From: a virus | Lineage: Duplodnaviria; Caudoviricetes | Strand: one strand, 5' to 3' | IMG/VR virus record: IMGVR_UViG_3300025084_003379 | Span: 11,124-75,123 of that record | DNA length: 64,000 nucleotides | Part shown: in pieces, positions 40,153 through 48,906 of the stretch | How the letters are laid out: each line of letters starts with the position of its first letter | Position numbering within the stretch: the stretch's first letter is position 1 | Translations under genes and position numbers: made by a program | The notes under the pieces: generated by a model | What the model was told of the DNA's origin: nothing | The model's database searches: none | Seen by the model: the letters and a program-made list of their open reading frames with translations, nothing else

Positions 40153-41532
40153 ATGGAATCATCTAAATTTATACAATTATCCGACGGTATTTTATTAGAG
40201 TACATATACACTAGTCAAACTAACCCAACGGAACTTAATACATCCATTTATCCTATAGAGATAATGAGAGATGGTCATACTGATGGTAGCTATCTTTTTA
40301 ATACTGATAGTGTATCTGCAGAGATGGGTAACTATCGTGACATTTCAGCAGCAGCGATTAATAAAAATAAAACACAATATGCATATTTAGATACTGATAT
40401 TGGTGTACCTTATAATGACTTTGATCCTGAGTTAACTGATAGTGCAAATTTACTACAGACATTTAACCCACAGCAAAATATAGCATATGATAAAATAAGA
40501 GTACATTTTGTTGCAGGGTTTACTTTTACAGGCTATGACGGAATAATATTTGAAACGCTAGTTCCTAGAAGAGATGGTACTTTACTTAATTTATCTTCTA
40601 TAAATTTCTTAAAGACTGATACGCCTGTATTTAATCCAGATCCAGTTTTAATTAATGATAATCTTTATGCTACATACATAGAATGGAGAATACCTTCATT
40701 ATTCTTTATGAATAACAGTTTCAGTAATACTGTACCTAACGGTTTAGGATATCGTTTAACTGAAGGGCAAGGATTTCTTAGTACACCTACCATTACATTT
40801 AAAGCTACTGGTATTTATGAAACGGTTGTTGATAACGGTTATAACTATTATAATGTAGAGGAAATAAATGCAGTAAGTTTACCTAGTAGAGATATTTATG
40901 ATAATCTATATGCAAGTGTTGTAGAGGCAGATGGTGGAGATTATTTTGAATTATCTGGTGAAGTAACAGGTTCTACTTTTTCTAATTTTATTGCTCAGTT
41001 AAATTCATCAGGTGGTGACTATGTAGTATTTCATGAAATTAATGTAAGTGAACAAATAAATACTTCATTTGTTAAAACTAGTACTCAGGTATTTACACAA
41101 ACTACTAATTTTGATAATCCTATTTTATTTAGGCCTATTATTTTAAACAGTGCTATTGCTACATCTTTTTCAATTAATTACTTATTAAGATTATACAATA
41201 GAGCAGATAATACACAGATTTTAAAATCAGCAAAACTAACTTCGTTTGATGTTAAAAAATATGGTAGACGATTAATGAAAATTAATTTAGGTGTAGTTCC
41301 TACTGTTGCTAATGTATATAACCAATTGGCTAATGATGATGGTTCAAATATTATTGTTAATAATGGAGGTGTTGGAAATAACCCAGGACAGACATCTACT
41401 GAAATAGTTGAACAATTAGTTATAAAAAATAAGTATGTTACTACTTTTAGAGATAGGATAAACGTAAAGGCTGCAATTTCACCAGCTAAAATACAAACAA
41501 TAACAGATACAGAAGATGGCAGTACAAACTAA
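40153..41532 (+). CDS. Virion structural protein
   Basis: 459-aa beta-rich ORF preceded by AAATAAATAA. Confidence 0.55.
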   Translation: MESSKFIQLSDGILLEYIYTSQTNPTELNTSIYPIEIMRDGHTDGSYLFNTDSVSAEMGNYRDISAAAINKNKTQYAYLDTDIGVPYNDFDPELTDSANLLQTFNPQQNIAYDKIRVHFVAGFTFTGYDGIIFETLVPRRDGTLLNLSSINFLKTDTPVFNPDPVLINDNLYATYIEWRIPSLFFMNNSFSNTVPNGLGYRLTEGQGFLSTPTITFKATGIYETVVDNGYNYYNVEEINAVSLPSRDIYDNLYASVVEADGGDYFELSGEVTGSTFSNFIAQLNSSGGDYVVFHEINVSEQINTSFVKTSTQVFTQTTNFDNPILFRPIILNSAIATSFSINYLLRLYNRADNTQILKSAKLTSFDVKKYGRRLMKINLGVVPTVANVYNQLANDDGSNIIVNNGGVGNNPGQTSTEIVEQLVIKNKYVTTFRDRINVKAAISPAKIQTITDTEDGSTN

Positions 41533-42451
41533 CGAGACAGTTACAGCTAACCAAGCTGAATACTTTAAAAGATTTACATCTCTTAATCCTACAGCAGAAC
41601 CGTTACCACAAGGCGATGGGCAAATAAGAATTTCACCATTTGATGATTATGTAATTTTTACAATATTTGATGAGACTGGTGAAAATGGTGACTTAGCAGA
41701 TTCCCCGATTGATTTGAGTAATGTTGGTACTCTTACTTTGGTTTTTGTTGGTGAAAACGATGAAATACGAATTCCTAATTGGACACAAGTTGAAAATGTA
41801 GACTTGGCGCAAGGTCAAGTTTTATTTAGAATAGACAAAGAAAATTCAAAAAAGATATTATCATTAGATAATAAAAACTTTTACATATCGACTAGAATGG
41901 AAGATGAATTTGGTATTAGTGATGAAAGTGTTTTATACACTGGTACGTTTTTAGGTTTAACTGATGCAGCACAAGAAAGACTAACAACAAAAATGAATGC
42001 ACAATCATTACTGTATTCTGAAGAGCTATCTAGATTACAGAGTGAAATAGATGAATTGAACACTACATTAGGGCAAAGAGATCAAACAATATCAGAAATG
42101 CTAGCAACATTAAATCTATTAGAGCAATCAAATATTTCATTAAGTGATGAAAACGCTTTACTATATGAACAACTAGGCCAAGCACAGTCAGATATAATAG
42201 CAGCAGAGGCAGCAGCTGCGCAATCATCAGTAACCTCTATTAAATCTCGAATAATACAACAAGCAGGTATAGATGAAATAGTGAACAACGCTGCTTCTAA
42301 TATTAATGATACTTCTTATTGGGAAAACGCATCTGCTTTGAATGAAGAGTTCAATACAGCAAGTAATCCTGTCACCAGCGATGGTTTACAGGGAACACAG
42401 GGAACAACAGGAGGGTCGGGCGTTTTCGACGTTGGCGATCTTCTCTTTTAA
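41516..42451 (+). CDS. Structural protein with beta domain plus coiled coil
   Basis: 311 aa with heptads after residue ~150 and a stray GLQGTQGTTG collagen remnant near the C-terminus. Confidence 0.55.
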   Translation: MAVQTNETVTANQAEYFKRFTSLNPTAEPLPQGDGQIRISPFDDYVIFTIFDETGENGDLADSPIDLSNVGTLTLVFVGENDEIRIPNWTQVENVDLAQGQVLFRIDKENSKKILSLDNKNFYISTRMEDEFGISDESVLYTGTFLGLTDAAQERLTTKMNAQSLLYSEELSRLQSEIDELNTTLGQRDQTISEMLATLNLLEQSNISLSDENALLYEQLGQAQSDIIAAEAAAAQSSVTSIKSRIIQQAGIDEIVNNAASNINDTSYWENASALNEEFNTASNPVTSDGLQGTQGTTGGSGVFDVGDLLF

Positions 42452-42486
42452 GTTTCTTAGAAGATCTCGTATAAAAATAAAATAAT

Positions 42487-43041
42487 ATGTTACTAAGCGC
42501 AAGAAATAATCAGTTTAAATTTGAATTCCCTAGAAATTTTATTCCAAAGGAAATTGCAGATAAGTATAAATCATATTTAAATCGCATGCCAGGTTCAATG
42601 ATTAAAGAACCTATAGACTTTTTTAATTACGGTATACAAGCAATGAATTTACCAGGACCTAGCTTTGACCCAGTATCGCAAAATGACTTTCCAGGTAATA
42701 CCAGAAAATTTAGAACTAGTTTACCTAAACAAGAACTTTTTGATAAATCGCTAACCGTTACAATGCAAGCCTTTGATGGTTGGATTAATTATTGGATGGC
42801 TGTTGATGTTTTTGATTATTATTATAAGCAGAGCGGTAAAACTCCATTTGTACCTGAAGGTGTTGGTTTACAGATGATTGATGGTGAAGGGCAAATATTT
42901 GTAACTGTTCAATTAAAAGATATGATAATGACCGGTGTTAGTGCGTTAGATTTAAACTTCTCAAGTAACACAATTGAATTTCAAACATTTGATATTGAAT
43001 TTAGCTACAACGTTTTAGAAACTATAGTTAACTTAACTTAA
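42487..43041 (+). CDS. Tail-tube-fold protein (gp3 terminator/gp19-like)
   Basis: IQAMNLPGPSF...LTVTMQAFDGWINYW...VSALDLNFS...TFDIEFSY follows the tube-fold pattern. Confidence 0.6.
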   Translation: MLLSARNNQFKFEFPRNFIPKEIADKYKSYLNRMPGSMIKEPIDFFNYGIQAMNLPGPSFDPVSQNDFPGNTRKFRTSLPKQELFDKSLTVTMQAFDGWINYWMAVDVFDYYYKQSGKTPFVPEGVGLQMIDGEGQIFVTVQLKDMIMTGVSALDLNFSSNTIEFQTFDIEFSYNVLETIVNLT

Positions 43042-43063
43042 TATATAAACAAATAGAAAAGCA

Positions 43064-43420
43064 ATGAAAACATTTAAAGACTATCTTACAGAATCAACAG
43101 ATGATTCAGTTAATATACAAAATTTACTAAATGAATCTCACGATTTAACTGAGGAGCAAGAAACTGCTATAGATAACGCAGTAGACAGAATTATGGAAGA
43201 ACATAATAACGGAAAAGATTTAGAAGTTATTATGGAAGAAATAATTAATGAAGGTATATTAGGATCTGTTTTAGGTGGTCTTACTGGTTTTGCTTTAGGT
43301 AAAACAGTAGGAAAGGCCATTGCAAAGGTACTCGGTATTCAAAAAGGAGCCTTGTACGATTTATTAACTAGTCGATTAATTGGTGCTGCATTAGGCGCAG
43401 TATTAGGTAAACGCATTTAA
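43064..43420 (+). CDS. Putative internal head protein: capsid-targeting-like leader + acidic pro-region + glycine-zipper C-terminus
   Basis: MKTFKDYLTE is in register with the T4 IP leader MKTYQEFIAE. The last 55 aa are hydrophobic with GxxxG repeats. Confidence 0.6.
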   Translation: MKTFKDYLTESTDDSVNIQNLLNESHDLTEEQETAIDNAVDRIMEEHNNGKDLEVIMEEIINEGILGSVLGGLTGFALGKTVGKAIAKVLGIQKGALYDLLTSRLIGAALGAVLGKRI

Positions 43421-43430
43421 TTCAATATAA

Positions 43431-44099
43431 TTGATTTACTCAGGTATAGATTTTTCTCTTAATAGTCCAGGTGCATGTACACAGGACCATAAAGGCAAAT
43501 ACACATTTATTACATTCTTTAATTATGGTAATAGGGTGTGGGATGAAAAGGGTAGAAAAATACCTAAATCATTCTCGGTTCATAAAGAATTAATGGATAA
43601 TAAAACAATATTAGGATTCCCTTATTATAGACAAGTTAAAGATAAAGACTTTTTACTTAGGGAACGAGAAAAACTCACAGATGGCCAAAACATAGCCGAC
43701 TTAATTTCAAATATTTTAATAACATTATATGGCACAGAAGATCATAGAGTTGCTTTAGAAGGATTCTCTTATGGATCAAAAGGTAATTCTTTTATTGACA
43801 TAGTTCAATATAATACCTTTTTAAGAAACGAAATTGTAAACTCTTGGGGTGTAGAAAATATTTCAATTTATCAACCATCACATGTTAAAAAATTAGCAGG
43901 TAAAGGTAATGCAAATAAACATTACATGGTAAAGGCATTTCAAGACGATGTTTTTAATGATAGTGATTTAAGGAAAACTAAATTGTGGAAATGGACTCAA
44001 GGTAAAGACTTTACAGAAAAGATCCCTAAACCAATAGATGACCTTGTAGATGCGTACTTTATATTAAACGCGAATAAGAAAAAGGAAAGTGAACAGTAA
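43431..44099 (+). CDS. ruvC: RuvC-like Holliday junction resolvase
   Basis: GIDFSLNSPG, VALEGFSYGS, PSHVKKLAG-KGNANK and DDLVDAYFI catalytic motifs. TTG start. Confidence 0.8.
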   Translation: MIYSGIDFSLNSPGACTQDHKGKYTFITFFNYGNRVWDEKGRKIPKSFSVHKELMDNKTILGFPYYRQVKDKDFLLREREKLTDGQNIADLISNILITLYGTEDHRVALEGFSYGSKGNSFIDIVQYNTFLRNEIVNSWGVENISIYQPSHVKKLAGKGNANKHYMVKAFQDDVFNDSDLRKTKLWKWTQGKDFTEKIPKPIDDLVDAYFILNANKKKESEQ

Positions 44100-44212
44100 A
44101 ATACTTTATACCTTAAAACCACAATATACTTAAATGCTAGTAATTAGATACTTCTCTTTCTTTAATTAGGTATATTTTATATATAGAGTTTAGAATTTAG
44201 TTTCAGAAAATT

Positions 44213-44479
44213 ATGATAAAGGCAATAAAAAATAGAATATTTCTTAAAAAAGATGAACAACCAGAAAAAATTGGGAGCATCTATGTACCAAAATCTGAAG
44301 GCCAGTATGCACCACCATATTCAGGTGTTATATTATCTGTTGGTGAAGATATAGAAGATTCGGATTATAAAATAGGAATGACGGTATTATTTCATGACTT
44401 AGCAGGTACTGAATTTACTTACAACGGTGAAAAGATATTTAGTATTAGAGATTCCGATGTAACTGCTATTATAGAATAA
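44213..44479 (+). CDS. groES: GroES-like co-chaperonin
   Basis: IKAIKNRIFLK...IGSIYVP...GVILSVG...KIGMTVLF...AGTEF...DSDVTAII is the Cpn10 pattern. Confidence 0.88.
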   Translation: MIKAIKNRIFLKKDEQPEKIGSIYVPKSEGQYAPPYSGVILSVGEDIEDSDYKIGMTVLFHDLAGTEFTYNGEKIFSIRDSDVTAIIE

Positions 44480-44483
44480 TTTT

Positions 44484-44669
44484 TTTCTGTTTAGTGTGAA
44501 ACTAAATAGAGATATGAATATATAAATAACAAAGGAACTGATTATTCAGTGACTTATAAACAGGCATATAACAAGGCAAAGTATATTGGCAATTCCCGGG
44601 CAAGTTAAATAGGCAGCGCTGCGTTATATCCATTAATTAATAACAAAGTAAAATAAAAAGGCAATTAAA
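44484..44669 (+). promoter_or_regulatory. gp32 leader: hairpin 44486-44510, GAATATATAA 44516-44525, phased GGCA repeats, GCAGCGCTGC palindrome
   Basis: Read directly from the intergenic sequence; see findings. Confidence 0.5.
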
Positions 44670-45602
44670 ATGGCAAATGAATTCGACATTTTCAGTGTAA
44701 GCGTCAAGGACCTTGACACTGGAGACAGACCTGCACCAAGCAGCGATCTGTACACACCAAAACCCGATCAGGGACAAGACGGTACTTACCGTTCACTAAT
44801 TAGGTTTCTTCCTAATGTAAAAAATCCACGTAAACCTTTCGTTCGTAAATATGTCTATTGGTTAGAAGATAGAGATGGCAACGGATTTTACGCAGACTCA
44901 CCTTCAACTGTTGGAGATAAATGTCCGGTACAGGATATGTTCTTTAAACTTAGAAACTCAGAATCTGCTGTAGATAAAAAGATGTCAGAAGGGCTTAAGC
45001 GTAGAGAAGTATTTTATGCATTGGTTCAAATCGTAAAGGATCCACAGAACAGAGATCTTGAAGGCCAAATTAAAGTAATGAAATTTGGTTACAAGATTAA
45101 GGCTAAGATTGATGAGGAATTAAATCCTCAGTTTGATGAACCAACTCAAGTATTCGATCCGTTTGAAGGAAAGAATTTTGAATTAGTAATTTCAAAGAAA
45201 GGTGGTTATCCTAATTATGATTCTAGTAAATTCCAAGGTAGCCGAACTGCAATGGCAATCGGCGGAGAATCAGTAACAACTGATGATGCTGGTAGAACTG
45301 CAATTCTTGGTTACATTAAGGATGCACCTGAATTAGGCAACTTTGATTATCGTCCATGGACCGATGAGCAGAGAAATAAGGTAATGGGTGTACTATCTCA
45401 ATTTAGTAATCCTGGTTCCTCTATTGATACTGTAACTCGTAAACAGGCTGCACCGTCTCCTGCAAAATCTGAAAAGGCAGCGGCGTCAGTAACTGAAACG
45501 GCTGTTGCAGGATCTGCTTCCCCGGCGGCAACAGAAACAAAATCAGAAGATTCTTCTAAAGGAGATGATTTTGATGATTTCATTAATGGTTTAGATCTTT
45601 AA
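44670..45602 (+). CDS. gp32: T4 gp32-like single-stranded DNA-binding protein
   Basis: GTYRSLIRFLP, CPVQD, KFGYKIKAKI, FDPFEGKNF, NYDSSKF and an acidic tail DDFDDFINGLDL. Confidence 0.9.
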   Translation: MANEFDIFSVSVKDLDTGDRPAPSSDLYTPKPDQGQDGTYRSLIRFLPNVKNPRKPFVRKYVYWLEDRDGNGFYADSPSTVGDKCPVQDMFFKLRNSESAVDKKMSEGLKRREVFYALVQIVKDPQNRDLEGQIKVMKFGYKIKAKIDEELNPQFDEPTQVFDPFEGKNFELVISKKGGYPNYDSSKFQGSRTAMAIGGESVTTDDAGRTAILGYIKDAPELGNFDYRPWTDEQRNKVMGVLSQFSNPGSSIDTVTRKQAAPSPAKSEKAAASVTETAVAGSASPAATETKSEDSSKGDDFDDFINGLDL

Positions 45603-45606
45603 TGAT

Positions 45607-46680
45607 ATGGCAACAGAAGTATTAATATCTTCTGATATGAAAGCTCGGATCATCGATAAGGTGGTCCGAGTTCTTCATACTAACCATTCTCACCCTGAGA
45701 AAAGAAGAATATTAGAAAGTAAGGAAAGATTAAATTTTGCATGTCCTTATTGTGGAGACTCCACAGATTCGGTAAGAAAGAAGAGAGGTAATCTTTATTG
45801 GAATAATTTACAATATCATTGCTATAATTGTTCAGCACACGAAAGTTTAGACGTCTTCCTAAAAGACCACAATGAAAACTTCGAAGGTGAAGAAAGAATC
45901 AATGTAATTAATTTCATTAAAGAAAACCGTAAAAACTTTTCACTAGGTGAAACTTTAGAGTTTCATTTATTTGAAATGGCAAATAATTTATCATTAACAT
46001 TTGATGAGATTGCATTAGGTTTTAATGTCTATCCAATAAACTCATTAACATATAGAGCATATCCTTATTTAAAAAGTAGATTACTTCATCATAAAACCGA
46101 AAAGTTCGGTTATGATCCAAGACGAAAGGAACTGTATGTATTTAACCTTACACCTAAAGGAAAGATTGTTGGTTTTCAAGTAAGAGCGTTGGATGACAAT
46201 AGTGGTCCTAAATATAAAACGTGGAATATTGAAAGAATATATGATAGGCTTAAAAAACCTTTAAAAGTTTCAGAAGAAGAATTAGATTCTCTTAATAAAA
46301 TATCAATGATATTCGGTATACTTACTACAGATTTAAGTAGGCAGTTTACTGTATTTGAAGGTCCTATAGATTCATTCTTTATGTCTAATACAATTGGTCT
46401 TACTGGTGTTAAAAAACAAATACTAGATTTTGATGAAATTCCAACTGTTAGATATTTCTTTGATAATGATATTGAAGGAAAGACTAAAATGATACAAAAA
46501 CTAAAAAGAGGTAATACTGTTTTTATGTGGGATAAGTTTTTAAAGGATTTTAGAATACCTTCTAAAAAGGTAAAAGATTTAAATGATCTAGTTAAATATG
46601 AATATAAACATAGGACTGGGTGTTTAAACGAGTTGGATAAATATTTTACAAACAACCATTTAGATCTCATATTCATATGA
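45607..46680 (+). CDS. gp61: DNA primase (T4 gp61-like)
   Basis: Zn finger CPYCGDS...HCYNC; TOPRIM VFEGPIDS, FFDND, KDLND. Confidence 0.88.
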   Translation: MATEVLISSDMKARIIDKVVRVLHTNHSHPEKRRILESKERLNFACPYCGDSTDSVRKKRGNLYWNNLQYHCYNCSAHESLDVFLKDHNENFEGEERINVINFIKENRKNFSLGETLEFHLFEMANNLSLTFDEIALGFNVYPINSLTYRAYPYLKSRLLHHKTEKFGYDPRRKELYVFNLTPKGKIVGFQVRALDDNSGPKYKTWNIERIYDRLKKPLKVSEEELDSLNKISMIFGILTTDLSRQFTVFEGPIDSFFMSNTIGLTGVKKQILDFDEIPTVRYFFDNDIEGKTKMIQKLKRGNTVFMWDKFLKDFRIPSKKVKDLNDLVKYEYKHRTGCLNELDKYFTNNHLDLIFI

Positions 46681-46892
46681 TAAAAAATTATAGTAATTTT
46701 GTGACAGAACAGTTTGATGATTTTTATGATGATTTAGAAACTTCTAAGAAAAAACTTAAATTATTTACTAAGTTTAAAAAAATTGAAGCAGAAGAAGTAA
46801 AAACTAGTTTTTCTTTACCTCAGCCTAAAAAGAAGTTTCAACCAAAGATTAAAAATTATAAAAAGATTAATAATAATAAAGGAATATTTTAA
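46677..46892 (+). CDS. Small protein with capsid-targeting-like leader
   Basis: MIKNYSNFVTE leader, acidic then Lys-rich, overlapping both neighbours. Confidence 0.55.
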   Translation: MIKNYSNFVTEQFDDFYDDLETSKKKLKLFTKFKKIEAEEVKTSFSLPQPKKKFQPKIKNYKKINNNKGIF

Positions 46893-47341
46893 TGGCATTT
46901 GACGATACACAAATAAAAGAAGCTAATGAGCAGTTGGAAGGTAGATTAACATCAGATAGAAATGATTGGAAATCAAAGATTAAAGATCTTGTTTCTAAGC
47001 TTAAAAATATGAATGAGCTGGCCGAGTGCCAAGTAAGAATGTTATCATATCGACAAATACTATTAGATAAAGTAACTGATTTTAAAACTACCATATATAA
47101 AAGGAACGCTACTTGGGATAGGTATTATAAACAACAGTACCGAGAATATTCAATTAACTATGATGTTAAGTTAACTAACGGTGAAAAGAATCAATTTATA
47201 AAAGCAGATCTTTCATCTCTTAGGCAACAAATTGATATGTTACAATCTCATATAGATTATTATTATGAGTGTATTAAAACATTAGATAATATGGCGTTTG
47301 CTATAAGAAACAGAATTAATCTGGATGATAAGGAATTTTAA
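46892..47341 (+). CDS. uvsY: UvsY-like recombination mediator
   Basis: 149-aa all-helical protein immediately before uvsW, ending IKTLDNMAFAIRNRI as in UvsY-type proteins. Confidence 0.65.
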   Translation: MAFDDTQIKEANEQLEGRLTSDRNDWKSKIKDLVSKLKNMNELAECQVRMLSYRQILLDKVTDFKTTIYKRNATWDRYYKQQYREYSINYDVKLTNGEKNQFIKADLSSLRQQIDMLQSHIDYYYECIKTLDNMAFAIRNRINLDDKEF

Positions 47342-48843
47342 TGGAACTATCTCTGTCGGAAAATAAAAAGTTTTTAGTAATTGATTCATGCACCGAATTG
47401 GAATATGAGCAATTAAAATCTAGTCTTACTAAGAAAATAGAAGGTTGGAGATTTCACCCTCTAGTAAAGAAAAAGGTATGGGATGGTAATATTTCATTTA
47501 TCAAAAGAAATAAAATTCCGGCAGGGTTATGGAAAGAAGTAATTGATATATGTAAAGAATATGATTATCAATTTACATTAAACGGTATAACTGATATTTT
47601 TGATACTTCTATAGATGAAGAAATATTTAGATCTTGGGTAGATGAGTTTTTTGCTACATCTGAAATTAAGCCTAGAGATTATCAAATTGATGCAGCGATA
47701 AAGATTTTAAAGTATAGACGGTGTTTGGCTGAATTAGCAACATCTGCAGGTAAAACTTTAATTTCATTTATGGTGGTTGCTTATATGATGGAACAGTTAG
47801 GTAAAAAGAAAATCTTAATGATAGTACCTAATGTAAGTTTAGTTGTTCAAGCAAGCGGAGACTTTGAAGAATACAATAAAGGCAGGGTACCTATTAAGAT
47901 TCAACAAATTTATGCAGGCGTAAAATTACGAAAGAGTTCTAATGTTGTTATAGGTACTTACCAATCATTAACTAAAAAGGACGAGGAATACTTTAGCCAA
48001 TTTGATGCAGTCTTTGTAGATGAAACTCATAAAGCAAAAGCAAATTCAATTCAAAAGATAATGGATAAATGCTGGCATTGTGACTACAGATTTGGTTTGA
48101 GCGGTACTATTCCTAAAAGAGGAACTGTAAATAGACTAAGCTTAATGTCGGCAATGGGCCCATTAGTAACTCAAGTAAAAGCTGCTCACTTACAAGAAGA
48201 AGGTCATATTGCAAAATGTAAAGTATTGCAAATCCACATGGAATATGCAACCGATGCTCAAAAAGAAGCATTTTCATCATTATCTAAAAACCCATATGAT
48301 AGACAAAAGCTATTTAGTTTAGAACAGAACTTTATTAATGAAAGCGAAAAGAGGTTAGATTTCGTTTGTCAAGTAATTAAAAAGTCTACATCTAATTCAC
48401 TAGTGCTATTTCATAAAATAGCTTATGGTGAAAAGATATACCAAAAACTTCGAGCAATAACAGATAAGAAAGTTTATTATGTAGACGGTTCTGTTAAATC
48501 TGATTTTAGAGAAGAGTTCAAAAAAAGAATGGAAAAAAATGATGATGTTATTATTGTAGCTTCGTATGGTACATTCTCAACCGGTATATCTATTAAAAAT
48601 ATACACAACATATTTTTTACTGAATCATTTAAATCCGAAGTGATCATTAGACAATCAATCGGTAGAGGATTAAGAAAGCACTCATCTAAAGACGTTGTAA
48701 AAATATATGATTTTATTGATGATTTCCGTTATAAAGTAGATGATCATGACTGGGTAAATTACATATACAGACATGGTATGGAAAGAAGAAAAATTTACAA
48801 AGAGGAAAAGTTTCCATTTGAGGTGCAAAATGTTAGATACTAA
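47341..48843 (+). CDS. uvsW: UvsW-like SF2 DNA helicase
   Basis: PRDYQ, LATSAGKT, VFVDETH, GLSGT, SYGTFSTGISI and QSIGRGLR helicase motifs. Confidence 0.93.
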   Translation: MELSLSENKKFLVIDSCTELEYEQLKSSLTKKIEGWRFHPLVKKKVWDGNISFIKRNKIPAGLWKEVIDICKEYDYQFTLNGITDIFDTSIDEEIFRSWVDEFFATSEIKPRDYQIDAAIKILKYRRCLAELATSAGKTLISFMVVAYMMEQLGKKKILMIVPNVSLVVQASGDFEEYNKGRVPIKIQQIYAGVKLRKSSNVVIGTYQSLTKKDEEYFSQFDAVFVDETHKAKANSIQKIMDKCWHCDYRFGLSGTIPKRGTVNRLSLMSAMGPLVTQVKAAHLQEEGHIAKCKVLQIHMEYATDAQKEAFSSLSKNPYDRQKLFSLEQNFINESEKRLDFVCQVIKKSTSNSLVLFHKIAYGEKIYQKLRAITDKKVYYVDGSVKSDFREEFKKRMEKNDDVIIVASYGTFSTGISIKNIHNIFFTESFKSEVIIRQSIGRGLRKHSSKDVVKIYDFIDDFRYKVDDHDWVNYIYRHGMERRKIYKEEKFPFEVQNVRY

Positions 48844-48906
48844 TATAGAATATCTTTCTTATGAGAGATGGATATATAAAAAAAGAATCAAAAAAAGATA
48901 ATTATA

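Noticed and set aside
44100-44212. Minus-strand TATATATAAAATA motif and 7-bp inverted repeat upstream of groES
   Set aside because: No downstream minus-strand ORF, the match is degenerate, and the region is extremely AT-rich.
45607-48843. Inteins or introns in primase or helicase
   Set aside because: Lengths (357 and 500 aa) are normal and the motifs are contiguous.
48851-48900. Possible fourth promoter-enclosing hairpin (TATCTTT/AAAGATA); similar 6-bp stem at 62826-62849
   Set aside because: Stems of 6-7 mostly A-T pairs are expected by chance at this composition, so they were not counted.
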